Position numbers and translations under genes: made by a program | Part shown: one piece after another, positions 48,200 to 61,640 of the stretch | Numbering within the stretch: the stretch's first letter is position 1 | How the letters are laid out: the number at the start of each line of letters is the position of its first letter | The notes under the pieces: generated by a model | Database searches by the model: none | What the model saw: the letters and a program-made list of their open reading frames with translations, nothing else | Told to the model about the DNA's origin: nothing | Origin: Azolla caroliniana | Taxonomy: Eukaryota; Plantae; Polypodiophyta | Direction of reading: 5' to 3' | NCBI GenBank assembly: GCA_043228905.1 | Contig: JBHGNT010000007.1 | Coordinates: 17,360,001-17,424,000 of the forward strand | Length of the DNA: 64,000 nt

Positions 48200-51100
48200 A
48201 ATCTAAACTATGTATACCCATGGGAGATACATAGTCACGAGTCACATAAATTAATCTTGTTCTCGTTCTTGTTCTTCTCCTTGTCTCCCCATCTTATATC
48301 TCACATATTTTTGGAGGCATAATTAGTCTTTCATCAGTTTTTTTGGCCTATATATATCCATCCTAGTTTGTCGGGGTTACATTTGTGGCCTTCCACAATA
48401 TATCCATCCCATTGTTTATCGGGATTACATTTTTGGGCTTTCACACTATGTATCAATCTTCCACTATTAAAGGCCAAAAATTGGTGAAAACTAATTGGAA
48501 GATTGTATGAGACTAATGCAACCAATAGCTATGAATTCTTGAATGAAAATGGTATCGCACCCCAATGTGCTTGATAATACACTAGATTGTTACCCAATTC
48601 AATGGCAGTGTGACTATCGCAAACAATATGGGTACAAATTGAGGTATGCCCATGTCAAACCCATGCGAATCTGGAAAGCCATACAACTTCCTTACATGCC
48701 TTAGTAGCTGCAACATACTCTGCTTCTGTAGTAGACGAAGTCGTACATTCTTGGAGGCAAGATCTCCAAGATATGGCACCTCCCATAAACTGAAAGATGT
48801 ACCCTAAAGTAGACTTTTTGTTGTCAAAACAACCAACATAATCAAGAGTTCGTATATCCAATAATAGATACATTTCTGGCACCCAAACATAAACACTTAT
48901 CCCTAATGCCACTCACATATCTCAAACTTTAGTATCATCTTAACTACTTCTCAATGTTTCTTAGCAGGATTTGATAAAAATATGTTCACAGTTCCCACTG
49001 AAATGTAATCTCTAGCCTAGCTTCTATCATAGGATACATGAGGCGACCGATATTAAATCGATACGGAATTTTACTCATGAAATCCTTTTCATCATTAGAT
49101 TTGGTACATTCATTTTTGCTAGATTTTACATGCAAAGATAATGGCATGTTCAAATGTTTTGCACTCTCCATATTAAACGTCTTGAGTATTTTGGATATAT
49201 ACTCAAATTGAGACAAATAAGTAAGTTGTTACTCATTTCACAAGTAATAGACATGCTAAGAAAATGTTTTGCATTTCCCGTTTTTTCATGTCAAATGTTT
49301 GACTTCATTTTTTCTTTATCTTGGACAACTCATCCTTCTTTTTGCGGATGATGAGCATGTCATCGACATAGAGTATTAAAATCACATATGTGCCATCTAG
49401 ACGTTTCTTTGTATATAGACATGAGTCTTCATTGCTCCTATTATAATATTGGGACCCCATAAAAGCATAGAAGTTTTTATACCACTTCGGAGGAGATTGT
49501 GTAAGACCATACAAACTTTTTCTTAAGCTTTCATAGCAAATACATTTTTCCATGAACCTCATAACCCTTCGGTTGTACCATATAGATCTCATCGAGATCT
49601 CCATGCTGAAAAACAGTCTTTGCATCCAAATGAAATAAGTCAAAATATATTCTAGTAACCAATGTGCGAGCATCATTCATAGAATAGTCATCTTAACAAT
49701 TGGAGAGAAGATTTCATCGAAATGCTTAAATCCTTTTGTTGTAATACAAGCTTTATACCTAGGAAGAGCACTATCAACTATGTACTTGTATTTATACACC
49801 CATTTATATGATAATGCTTTCTTACCTTTTGGCATGTCAAAGGCACTAAATCCCAAGTTTCATTCTTATGAATGCTATCCAATTCACTATGCATTGCATG
49901 CTTCCACTTAGCATGATCATGGATGGATATGGCTTCATGATAACATGAACATTCACTGAAATCGGCTAGCATTACAAAATTAGTAAATCTACCAAGTGGT
50001 TTGGAAACAAGTGATTCTTGAGATTGAATATGTTTAGGTTGTGCATGGGAAACATCGTGCTAAGAATCATCATTTTGGGCATCGTCGTGTTGGTTAGCAA
50101 CATTTTTACATGGTTGAGCACACATAGAAGGATCTAGATTAGTGGAAATATGCTATTTTATGTTAATGGAAGGTATAACATGCTTAAATACCACTTTTCT
50201 AACTTTCACCTCCTTTATGGGTTGTCTATGCATCCTACTTTCATTGAAAACAATATCGCTCTTCTGACTCTAGTACATGTGTCAAGATCCCTAAAGCAAT
50301 ATCCAAATTGCCCGTCGATTCCATAACCAAGACAAAACACATTGTCTACATTTATAATCTAGTTTTTACCTTAGTTGTTTCTAAACAATGCACACATGCT
50401 TCACAAAGATTGTGTTCAATCACAGATTAATTATGTGGACTACTATTAAAACAACTTCTGCCCAAAAACCTTGTGAGAGGTTTGCATGATCTTACATAGA
50501 AATAACCCTATCCTGGATGATTCTAGTTATGCTCTCTACTACAATGTTTTGGACAGGGTGTAAGGAGCCATAAACTCTCTCAGAATACCTCTAGACTTAC
50601 AAAAATCACTAAATTCGTGAGAGGTATACTCACTTCCATTGTCTGAACAAAAAGCCTTAAGCTTGTATTCCCTTTTACAATAATCATCTTTCGCCATTGC
50701 CATCAAGTTGACCAACAAACATCATGCTACGTGTTAGTTGGGGAACATGGTGTACAATTTTCATGATAAGATGAACTGTACTAAAATATCTCCAATACTA
50801 ATCACATCACATTTATGTGAGTCTCAAAGGCTAACTTTGCCATGTGACTTGGCTTCATAACAATCTCCATTGCTAAACTGTACTAAAATATCTCCAATAC
50901 TAATCACATCACATTTATGTGAGTCTCAAAGGCTAACTTTGCCATGTGACTTGGCTTCATAATATGTGAACCACTCTCTATTTGGACTCACAAGAAATGA
51001 TGCACCAAAATCTAACAATTGTGCAAGGAAGGGAGAAAAAACCATATGCACCCCAACATGTGTAATAACATCATCTAAGACCAAAATGTGTTTCTCATTG

Positions 51101-51934
51101 CATGTTGCATTTATTTCCTTAAATTATCTCCATCGAGGGTGAGGGACCATTAGATTGTCTTGTATGCCCATCACCTTTGGATTTAATATTATCCTTTTCT
51201 TTATTCTTCAAGGCATAACAATCCTTCTCAAAGTGTCTATTCTTATGGCAAAAATGAGATTCAATGCTTTCTTTCCTAGATATGCTTCTACGCCTATCGT
51301 TTCCACTATTATTCTTAGTTTGGCTCCTACAAAAATTTTGGTTCTTGCAAGAACCAACATCATACACAATATGTGCATCTCCACTATGTGACACAATCAT
51401 AGATTTCCTACAAAATGTTTCGCTTAGTAAAGCTCCACATATGTCATTAAAATCCCATTCGGTGCACTATTCCTAACAATAGTGCAAAGTGTATCCCAAG
51501 ATGTTGGCAAAGTGCATAAGACAAAGACACTTTTTAACTCATAATCCATAGTCATTTTTTGCGTCTGCTATTGAGATCATATGCATCAAAATCATTCAAA
51601 TGGGAGGTGAAACTGTAAGCTTCCTCATTTAAGATAGACTTTATTTGATGTGGTCTCCTTCTCATAGGTACTAGATAATTTTGTCCATAGTTTTTTAGGT
51701 GGGTCAAAATCCAAGATCACGAATTTGTATACATTGTTGGCTAGGTGCAATCTTACAGTAGACATTGTCAAGAGATTGAGTTCTTCCCAATCATCATTGA
51801 TCATGCCTTCAGGTCTCTTGGCTTCACCACTCAATGGTCTTAATCATCTACTTTGAATTATTCCATCTCTCGTGGGTTTCTTCCGTAAGGCAAAATTAGA
51901 TCCCTCGAACTTGTGGATCTTGGAGGGATGGGAT
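48200..51934 (-). mobile_element. Degenerate Ty1/Copia element B (gag-pol remnant)
   Basis: Minus-strand gag (DWEELNL...STVRLHL), CCHC-like HFCHKNRHFEKDC, KNETWDLV, LYVDDML and GAISWRS..Q....STTEAEYVA. PPT-like sequence near 48455-48464. LTR limits are uncertain. Confidence 0.85.
50774..50962. repeat. Perfect 87-bp tandem duplication with 15-bp spacer
   Basis: 50774-50860 is identical to 50876-50962. Confidence 0.9.
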
Positions 51935-53115
51935 TGTAGATTTACAAACAAGATGTGCTGAAAATGCACAAACAAATACAAAATACACAAAGACACACTG
52001 AGTTTTACGTGGAAATCCTAAACAGTGAAAAACCACAGGAGAACATAACTTCCACTATACACAGAGAATACACATAACGGTTACAACTCAAAGGATAACC
52101 ACTTAGGGTTCCTGGCAAGTTCATTGAACTCTGCCGCCGTTCTCTCTCACACATCTCTATGTTTGCTACTCACAGCTCTTCGTTATGTTCTACTCTCACT
52201 GTACATCTAAAGCTTTGCCCTAAGTGTATTTTTACTTATACACCTTATGGGCTCTTTACAAATGTAGTCCCTACTACTCTCACTTCTATTATTATACTAA
52301 TAGTAATAATAATAGTTGATCAACCGATTGATCGACTAGTCGATTCGACCAGCTGACTCCAGTGTTGACTGTCCAGTCGGCCCGACTAATCAGCCTTCTC
52401 ATCGACACTCCGGTAGGCTCGACTAGTCAGCCTTCTTGTCGACACTCCGGTCGGCCCGACTAGTCGATCTCGTCTTCGACTTGGATCGTCTGCAGTCGAC
52501 TATCTGTGACGTCGACTATCAGCCCTCGGTCTAATCAATCAGCTCCTCCTTGTCTTCGACTGTCAGCTCTCTATGTCTGACCAGTCGGCTCCTCTCATAG
52601 GAGGGACATATTCCTAACAAACTCCCCCTTCACTCCTATGGGTAGAGTTAGTTAGTCCTGTCCTCTATCGACGGACTGTGTGTCTATCCATTAGTAGGTT
52701 CTTTGTCAGCATGTTGGATCTGTTGTTGTCAGTATGTATCTTTACAAGGGTAAACTCTCCTTCCTCCATTTCCTCCCGCAACTAGTGATACCTTCTCTGT
52801 ATGTGCTTGGTCTGGGAGTGGTACACAACGTTCTTGGCTCGATGTATGGCGCTCTGGCTATCGCAATGAAGCAAGAACTCCCTTTGCTTCATTCCCAGCT
52901 CCCTGAGAAAATTTCTCATCCAAAATCAGATCTTTCCTAGCCTCTACCGCTGCCATATACTTTGCCTTTGTGGTCGACAAAGCTACAAACTTTTGTAATC
53001 GTGATTGCCACATCATTGCCCCCCCTGAATAGGTCATCACATACCTTGATGTGGATGGACTTGAGTCTGTATCCTCGACATGTCTGAGTCGGTAACCCTT
53101 TGAGCATGGGAAAAG
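51935..53115 (-). mobile_element. Copia element C 3' fragment (LTR 51935-52619, PPT, RNase H) joined to element B gag
   Basis: tgtaga...ctaaca LTR with ttttacgtggaaa..aaaaccac motif, PPT aactccccct on the + strand, and minus-strand GGAMMWQSRLQKFVALSTTKAKYMA. Confidence 0.8.
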
Positions 53116-53324
53116 AGATTTGAACCTTACACCTATTAATCGTAAGGAATAACTCTAAGCTTGGGCGACCTCTGACAGGTTGTTTTTTTTTCGCGCTTTC
53201 TTTCTTATCCAAATCAGACGGTGTATATCGCACGCGCCTTCCTTCTGAGCGACCTGCACCGTCCGTGGCCGCGATTCCCTGCCCAACCCTATTTATGATT
53301 TGGTATAATAATAGACACGAGCTG

Positions 53325-53455
53325 TATACATGTATCAATATGTATATGTATGTATGTGTATGTATATGCATGCATACATACATGCATATACATGTATGTA
53401 TGGTATGTATATGCATTCATACATACATACATACATACATACATACATACATACA
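53325..53455. repeat. (TATG)n/(CATA)n microsatellite just upstream of VPS26
   Basis: Seen directly. Confidence 0.9.
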
Positions 53456-54059
53456 ATGCCGATATCTCTTTCCCTTTTCTGATGAACTTTGACTTGGGCT
53501 CTCGAGAGGAAGGTCGTCGCACAGGGTTGATTTCGCAAAATTCTGAAAGAGAAAGCAGGATATAATAGAGAACACACTCCATTCCTCCAAGTGGGTTCCT
53601 CATTTTTCAAGCTGATTGTTTTACTAGGTGAGTGTGTTTAATTTTCTTCTTCTTCTCTTCCTCTCGATTCTGTTGCAAATTTGCATATACATAGGTTTAT
53701 TCTCCTCTGTCAATCCGGCTCCATTTAGCCAGACACGATCTTTATGGGTTTTACAAATCTAGATCACAATTCCATTTTTGCATTTTTATGTATTTTCACA
53801 TCCTTTGTGTGGAGATTTTTCACTTCATTGTGAAAATAATCAATCTAGATTTGCCGCTACAAAATGTTCAGAAAAACAATATTGGCGCACTAATGGCAAT
53901 TAGTTCAATGCTTGCTTATGATGAAGATGAAGATGGTGATAATGATGATGAGCTAGGGCTAATTATTTAACTTATGATGATTATTTAGCTCACCAGTACA
54001 GCAACATACATAGATGGTACAGTTTTCATCTTATATTTTAAGGTTTTATCACCACCACG

Positions 54060-54780
54060 TGTCATGTTGATTGATATCTAGCTAGAATCTATAAGTACGA
54101 CTATGCATTTTTAGATTAAACTATCTAGCCAGAAATCATATCTCTTCATATCTAGATTAAAGCAACAAATTTAGCACAAATATCTTCAAGATGCTATTTT
54201 TTTCTTTTCTTTTAATTACTAACTCATGTTGATTGATGTATGTTTGCACATGATTAATTCTCGTAATATATGTAGACAAGTCAATGGATTTAATACAGCG
54301 ATGTTCCAGATGTAACTTTCTTTTCTTATCATCGTTATATCATGTTGATCAATGCGTTTATCTCCTATGAATTCTCATTTTGTAGCTGTAAACATATCTA
54401 GACTAATTGATGGATTTAGTGAAAGTATATTGCAGATGTTTTTGTTTTCTTTTTGTCATCATCATGTCAAGTTGATGAGCTTTTATTTATATATATGTAT
54501 ATCCCTTGAATCAATTGATGCATTTAATATAAAGATATTTGACATGAGACATTTTTCTTTTAATCTTCATGTCATATAGATCGATGTGTTGTTTATGTAT
54601 CTTAGAAACATATCTTCATATTTAGATTAATTTTTGGATTTAGAATAAAGATCTCTGGCATGAGTTTTTTCTCTTTTCTTCTAATCATGATGTTGTGTTG
54701 ATTAATGTGCTGTTTATGTAACATATCTACGTTAATTGATAGATCTAGTATGTAAATATTTTTGACATCATGGGTTCTTT
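54060..54780. repeat. ~115-bp degenerate tandem repeat in the VPS26 5' UTR intron
   Basis: catgttgattgat...tctagattaa...gatttag...ttttcttttct recurs near 54063, 54226, 54341, 54463, 54568 and 54687. Confidence 0.6.
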
Positions 54781-54855
54781 CTTGTAATGCAGCTTGTTGT
54801 ATTGGGTGTCCGAAGAACCCTCATCTAAGAAGTGGTCTTCTTTATTGCCTTAGAC

Positions 54856-57800
54856 ATGGTAAGATTTTGTAATCATATGTAGATATTTGCATGTTTGCTC
54901 ATCAATTTATATAAAATCTACACTTTCTTCACACCCACATTTATGTTGGGTAAACTTAAGTTGTCAATGATGTGGGATAACCTAGTGCTCAAGGTGGGTT
55001 CAACCGTTGAAAACAGGCCAATGATGACCTAAAATTCTGCATGCGTAGTCATGTTTGTGTTGATATGAAAAAGGAAGAAGGATTTTAAAAACTCTGAAAT
55101 CAGTTTTTCTTTATTTCCCCAAATATCCTTGGTCGACCCTCCAAGAACAAATATATGTGCAATTTGAGCAATTATATGGTCAATTCATCCCCTTTTTCTC
55201 AATTATAATGCTATTTGAGCAATAATTACTTATTAGAGAACATATACGTACAGAATCTTTTGGCTGGAGCTTTGAAGCAGCCTTGTAAAATCTCCATTAA
55301 GTTTGCAAATGCTGAGACTCTAACAAAGGTGTGCCAACTTAATGCTATGTTTGATAGTTCAATGCAAAAGAAATCAATGTGACTTACACAGAATGGTTGT
55401 ATATATGTGTGATATAATGACTATACTCAATCACAAATCAGTATGTTTTTTCCAGGGTAGTGCTAAAAATGATGCTAGAGAATCGGTGACATGTCCAGTC
55501 TTTCAGAGCAAAGATACTATATCAGGAGAGGTAGAACATCGTTATTTGTAAGAAGAGATGAGTAACTAGGCCTAGTTTTGTGGCTGTGATTGACTCATAA
55601 CGTACAGGTTTGGATAGATCCAATCTTTGGAAAGGTGGAACATCTTGGTGTGAAAATTGAACTCATTGGGCAAATAGGTAAAGTCAATTGAAATACATTT
55701 AAGAACATTAGACAATGCTGCAAGGTGGTTGTTGATTTTGACAATTCTTCTCTGTCTAAACTTTTTTTCATTATCATCTTTACTAAAGATTTTGGCTCTA
55801 CGGAGGATAGACCATAGAGTCATTGAGAAGATTACTAGCACACTAATTGTGCAATTTACAACAATATAACTAAGCAAGATGTAAATATCTATCGATCTAT
55901 CTATCTATCATAGATTAACATGGAACTACTATAGACGAGACATTACCCAAAAGTATGGATGATTTATTAACCTTTACAAAAACATATGCAGGTGTTATTA
56001 AACATTAGAAAAAAGTTTGTATGTTTGTGTATATACAATTAAAATATTTAATTGTATCTAATATTTCTCGTGATATGAATTTGAAGATTTTTAACTTGGT
56101 TGGAATTATTTGATTGAAATATCTGCATGTGTGCAGAATTTCCTCCTGCCAAATCGCATTATGATTTCACATCTCTCGGTAAGTAGTTACAGTAGATGTG
56201 TTAATTGACTGTGGATGAACTGTTTAAAAATATGGATGCATTTGAGGTAGAAAGTTGAATAATCTGTCATTGAACTCTCACAAATGAATCACACTTCCAA
56301 TCACATTATATCATGAAGATTATTTGAAACTATCACACACGAGGATATATCATGACATGAGAAGAAAAAAATATATTTATCACGTCTTCAACAAAGAAGT
56401 TTGATGAAAGACTTTAAGTCACTCCAAAAGTTTATAAATATTGGTACAAAAACACAACCGAGTGAGCTCATCACAGTCTATATGCCAAAAGCTTATTACC
56501 CATAGGTTTCTAGATTTGCAGTGGTGACATAAAAATGTATCATGGTTGATTACCTCTTGAGCTATCACTTGTGTATATTCTTCATAATGAAGTTGCACTA
56601 CTGCTGGTGGGCGAAACTCAATTGCATATTACTTCAAAAAATTCAACCCAAGGCCAAAGGCCTCAAAACATCACATGTAACCATCCCTTTGTGGTTCACA
56701 AGATGCATAAAAAAGGATGAAACCTTGTCCCCCACAACCCACATGACTCCATTGTCAGCGCATCATCCTTTATCTTTTCATCCCATTCTCACCATTCAAG
56801 ACCATGCAAGAGCTTCATGTTGATGTACACTATGGCATCAAAGCCAAAGTTAATAGAAGAACTGGAAACATTATTAGACAAAACCAGGATGGTGAAACCC
56901 TTCCCTATTCTATTACTAGGTAGTTATAACTCATGATGCAATAAAATGGAAAACCTGACTATCAACTTTCATGGAGCTAAGACAAATTTGTAGATGACAT
57001 ATAATAGAGTCCGAAGTTAGACCTTCCAATTTTACCACATGCGTCACCAAATAAATGGAATAATGTGACCTCATCTCATGTTATGTCATGATAGGCAGTT
57101 TATACATGTTAATACAAAATATAAGAAAACTTTAATTGCTTTGCCGAAAGAGGATGTTTGAGTTGCCTGCCAGTCCTGAATTGATACTTATTCATGTTTC
57201 ACCTTAACACAATCATATATCATACTTGTGCTTACATTTTCTTACAGAGTAGATAAGTATGTGCAACTTGCATATTTTCTTAGACAAGGAGAATCGTTCA
57301 GGCCATGACCCTAACTACTGTAGCATTCTTGACAAGAACTAGCAATAACTGGGCCTGGTTTGCACACATCTTGTTGATGGAGTCCTGGTTCCATAAACTT
57401 ATAATCAACGAACATTTATGAATAACTTACCTCACCATTAATCAAGCTTTCAATTGTAGTTTTAATGAACTTAGTTATTAATAGAGTAGAATCAGTGGGT
57501 CAACCTCTGGGATAATTATTTTTCCCAATAGAAGAGCCAAGAAGAAACAAAGAAAATAACCTTCATTGGAGAGTGTGAATTAGATTTAGGTTTTGAGATG
57601 CACAGCATTATGGTTTACCCAAACAATAAACTGAATGACAGAGAGTTACATGCTAGTTTGAAAATTTTATTTAGATGACCCCTGCTTTCAAGCTGCATCT
57701 TAATTCTTTATTTCGAACTTTCAATTAATAGTGTGGGTATGCCTGAGATCTATCATTTCTTTTATACATTTTGAAATTTTTTCCCTTCGGCTGTAGTTAG

Positions 57801-60800
57801 AGAACTGGATGTTCCTGGAACGATAGTCGATAATAGAGTTTACCCTTTTGAATTCCAAGCTGTTGAAATGTCGCATGATTCCTACTATGGGGTTCATGTT
57901 CAGCTGAGGTACGAATATTGGTTCTGTAATTCATGCTTTATTTATTTTATTTTGATTTTTTGTTCTCAAGGACGAGACAATACTTAAGATGTAATATCTT
58001 GTTTGGTCTTATAGGCCATTTTGGCCTCTTAAAAGACGTTAATAATATATTTCTATCTCTTCTTGACATAAGTATATTGGTAATTCAAATTTATCTTTAT
58101 TGCGTAAATGAAGATCACTTTCCTACACTAATGGTGGGGCTCATAGATACACCCTAGTAATCTGGATAAATAAATGAGCCAAAATTAGATTGGCGTACAA
58201 AATATATGTTGCATTTTATTTGGAACATGTAAGTTTGATGATAATTTGAGTTCTCATAGGTATGTGTTGAGGGTAACAGTGGGTCGGAGTTTTCCATTCA
58301 ACCTTACAAGGATCAATGAATTTTCGGTGAGTCATTCACATTTTATGCATTTTCCTCACTCTGGATATCATGTTCCAGTGATAAGCTGATATTTCTTATT
58401 GTTTCATGACCTAGGTGCGCAACATCTCACCAATCCCAGAATCAATGAATAACATTAAGGCAAGCAATACAGTTTACATGTGATATAATGTTGCCTTTTG
58501 ACTTTCTAGACGCTATTGATTGTTCCTACTATCTAAAAACCATTATCTAAGATATCATAAACTAACCAGAAATAAGGGCGGTATGAAGAGAAGAATGATA
58601 CAAACATCATACAAATACTGAATAGAAACAATGAGACATCATAGTCACCCTTAAGAAAGAAACTAAAGAGAAATGAGAGGGAATTGAGGTCTCAAAGAAC
58701 AAAAAATCCCTGTAAGTAGAAGATATTGCATTTTGAAGGAAGTATCATTCGTATATTTTGTCATTTGAGTGTCCTGGACATCAAATGGCTAGACACAAGT
58801 GAAACTTCAGGTATGATGAAGGTTAAGGTCCTTCTGAAAATGAGCAGACAAGGTAACTTATGGTCAGGATTTAGTACATCAAGTTACCAGGCACATTTGG
58901 TGTGCACATCAATGTAGGGGGAATGGTATTGAAATCTAAAAATTTTGTATAAAGTTTGATTTTATGATGTGAATCATCAACCTAAGAAAAAGCAAAAATG
59001 GAAATAAAAGATAGGAAAAGGAAAGAAAGTTATTTTTACATCCACAAATACCTTGGAAGGCATATGGGGTCAAAAAGTGATACATCAAATCAAAGAACCA
59101 ACTTAATGAAACAAAAAAAGGTTTTAGCATCCAAGTAACTACTGTTTCTACAGAATGTATCTGACATTCAACTAGAGTTGTCCTTTTCTCATTCCTCAAA
59201 TTTTCTGCATTGTGGAGACTTGGTCACCGTATCTCTTTGTGGGATATCATATAGTACCTTTGCATATTCATGCCACACCTGAGGTGAGGTCACTTGTGTG
59301 TTAGGTTGCCTCTCATTATTTTACTTTCTTGTCCTGGAAACAAGTGATACAAATGATCTTCAAATTTAGCTAAATAGTATCTCTACTTCTTCCTTACAAG
59401 GAATTGAAAGGTTGCTCTTGTTTGTTTGTGTGTATAAATACCTTGAGTTACTTCACGCTGCAAACAGTTCCTTGTATCATAACATTCCTCATCATACCAA
59501 CTATTTTGTATGACTCGAACAAGTTTGGGGGCATTGGCCATTGTGTGGGGAAATGCATTTTTGGCTGCTTTGTGCAATGACTTTGACAATCCTTGCGTAA
59601 TGTCATCTAGGGGTGCGAGAGGATCCAAATGTAGCATGCCATTATTTACTCCACAACTATACACATCAATTGTCTCTCGAATAAATTGGTACTTAGCCAG
59701 CCCACTCTGCTTAGCATACACATCCCTTGTGCATCCATCCTTCACCTCAAAGTGTAGATATGCATGATCTGCTAGACTGCTACCAGATATAGTAAGCTCA
59801 ATTATTTCAGGTATACGAGATGGAGAGGTAATCAACTGTGCTTGCACCTCCTTTTGGGTTCCAACATGTCAAAGCATCTTATCCAGGCTATTGTGACCGT
59901 CCAGCATATATCACAAATCCATGTGCACTTCCCAAGGCTAGAAAGTGTTTTCCATATATACTTACTCATATCTTGAACTTATCGCTTTAGACCAACCTCT
60001 TCCGCCATAACTTCTCCATAAGCATTAATCTTGAGAGAGAAATTTACATTAACGTCTTTTAAGAGGCCAAAATGGCCTATAAGACCGAATGAGATATTGT
60101 CTTAAAATGTTGTCCCATCTCTGAGAAGAACAAACCAAAATAAATATAACCAGATTAGCAAAATTACCTGAAGCACTAGATATTCATGTTAGCCAAACAC
60201 GCATAATAGCTGTTAACTCAGATTGGACTGAACCATCTGTCTTTGAAAGATCTCCAATTGGGACTGATCCAAGAGAATTAATTTTATCACTGTTGCCTAC
60301 AAGTGTGAGTTATACTCCCTCCAAAGTCAGATATAACAGCCTCTTTGTCATTTCATCGATATCATTTTGCTGTGGGTACTGTTTTTCACCTCCTATTTGA
60401 GGTGCTTCACCACTAATATAATGTATCACAAAAAGAATTGAGTGTACTCGTTCTAGGTAACTGGAAAAGGATGAACACAAATCACGAAAAATGTTCATAT
60501 ATATAAGAGGACACTATCACTTGGTACCTACGCTATATGTGGTAGTCTTTTATATTGTACAATACAATAACATTGAGAAAAAAAAATATAAAAAGTAAAA
60601 GAAAAAGGAAAAAATAGAAATGGAGAGAGAGCTTATTGACAGGTGGAAGTTGGCATTGAGGATTGCCTTCAGATTGAGTTTGAGTATAATAAGAACAAGT
60701 AAGCCTTACCGTTAATTTGTAGTTCGATGTTATCTACTCCTCCCTTATACACTGTTTCACTCTTATTTTCTTTGTCTAGATACCATCTCAAAGATGTGAT

Positions 60801-61214
60801 CATTGGTAAGATCTATTTCCTTCTAGTTCGTATTAAGATTAAGCACATGGAACTTGAGATTAGACGCCGTGAATCCACGGGTTCCGGTTCGAATACATAT
60901 GTCGACACGGAGACAATTGCAAAATATGAGCTTATGGACGGTGCACCGGCTCGTGGTGAGAATATCTTTTTTCTATTTGATACTTTTTATCTCAAAATAT
61001 TTTTCGGGTTTTCACAATATTAAAAGTCTTCATGTAAATAGGGGAATCGATACCTGTCCGACTTTTCTTGAGTCAATTTGAGAATCTTACACCGACATAT
61101 CATAATGTCCACAACAAGTTCAGTGTAAAGTATTTTTTGAATCTCGTGTTGGTTGATGAAGAAGACCGGAGATACTTCAAGCAACAGGAGGTTACATTGT
61201 ACCGATTAGAGTAA
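54856..61214 (+). CDS. VPS26: Vacuolar protein sorting 26 (retromer subunit, ~297 aa, 11 coding exons)
   Basis: Exons 54856-54858, 55254-55328, 55456-55530, 55608-55677, 56137-56178, 57797-57908, 58260-58326, 58415-58459, 60643-60698, 60780-60955 and 61042-61214, total 894 nt in frame. Motifs VEVGIEDCLQIEFEYNK, YHLKDVIIGKIYFLLVRIKIK and NLVLVDEEDRRYFKQQE. Confidence 0.93.
57930..58065 (+). mobile_element. Orphan 3'-end module of the RTE-X-like LINE
   Basis: gttctcaaggacgagacaatacttaagatgtaat...ataggccattttggcctcttaaaagacgttaat plus a CT-rich tail. Confidence 0.8.
59260..60025 (-). mobile_element. RTE-X-like LINE internal fragment in a VPS26 intron
   Basis: DHAYLHFEVKDGCTRDVYAK and NSWYDEEC match 11190-11810 in reverse. 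Confidence 0.85.
60030..60150 (-). mobile_element. RTE-X-like 3'-end module (reverse orientation)
   Basis: aacgtcttttaagaggccaaaatggcctataagacc is the reverse complement of the module. Confidence 0.8.
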
Positions 61215-61469
61215 AATCTTACTATAAAAACACAGCATAGGCTAATGGCATCATATGCTAACACAAAATAATGTGCTGATCTTTATTCTTTAGCTAATTT
61301 ATGAGCTTGAGAGTTTTTTCTCTCACTCACTCTCTCTCTCTCTCTCACATCAAGAGTCACTACTGAACTCTACACATTATGTGAAAATGTTCCAATATTG
61401 ATCCCACAGGTCATATTTGAGCTGCAACGAAGATAATAAATCTCTTTCTAGATCCTTTATTTTGTTTCA

Positions 61470-61604
61470 GAATGAATGACATGAATTTTACCCATATTTA
61501 GTGCATATTTGTCATATTTAGTTTGTCTCTCTCTCATATTTGTCATCACATACATGGTATGGATGACTTGAATTTACCCATATTTAGTGTACTTATCCAT
61601 ATTT

Positions 61605-61640
<36 letters not shown>

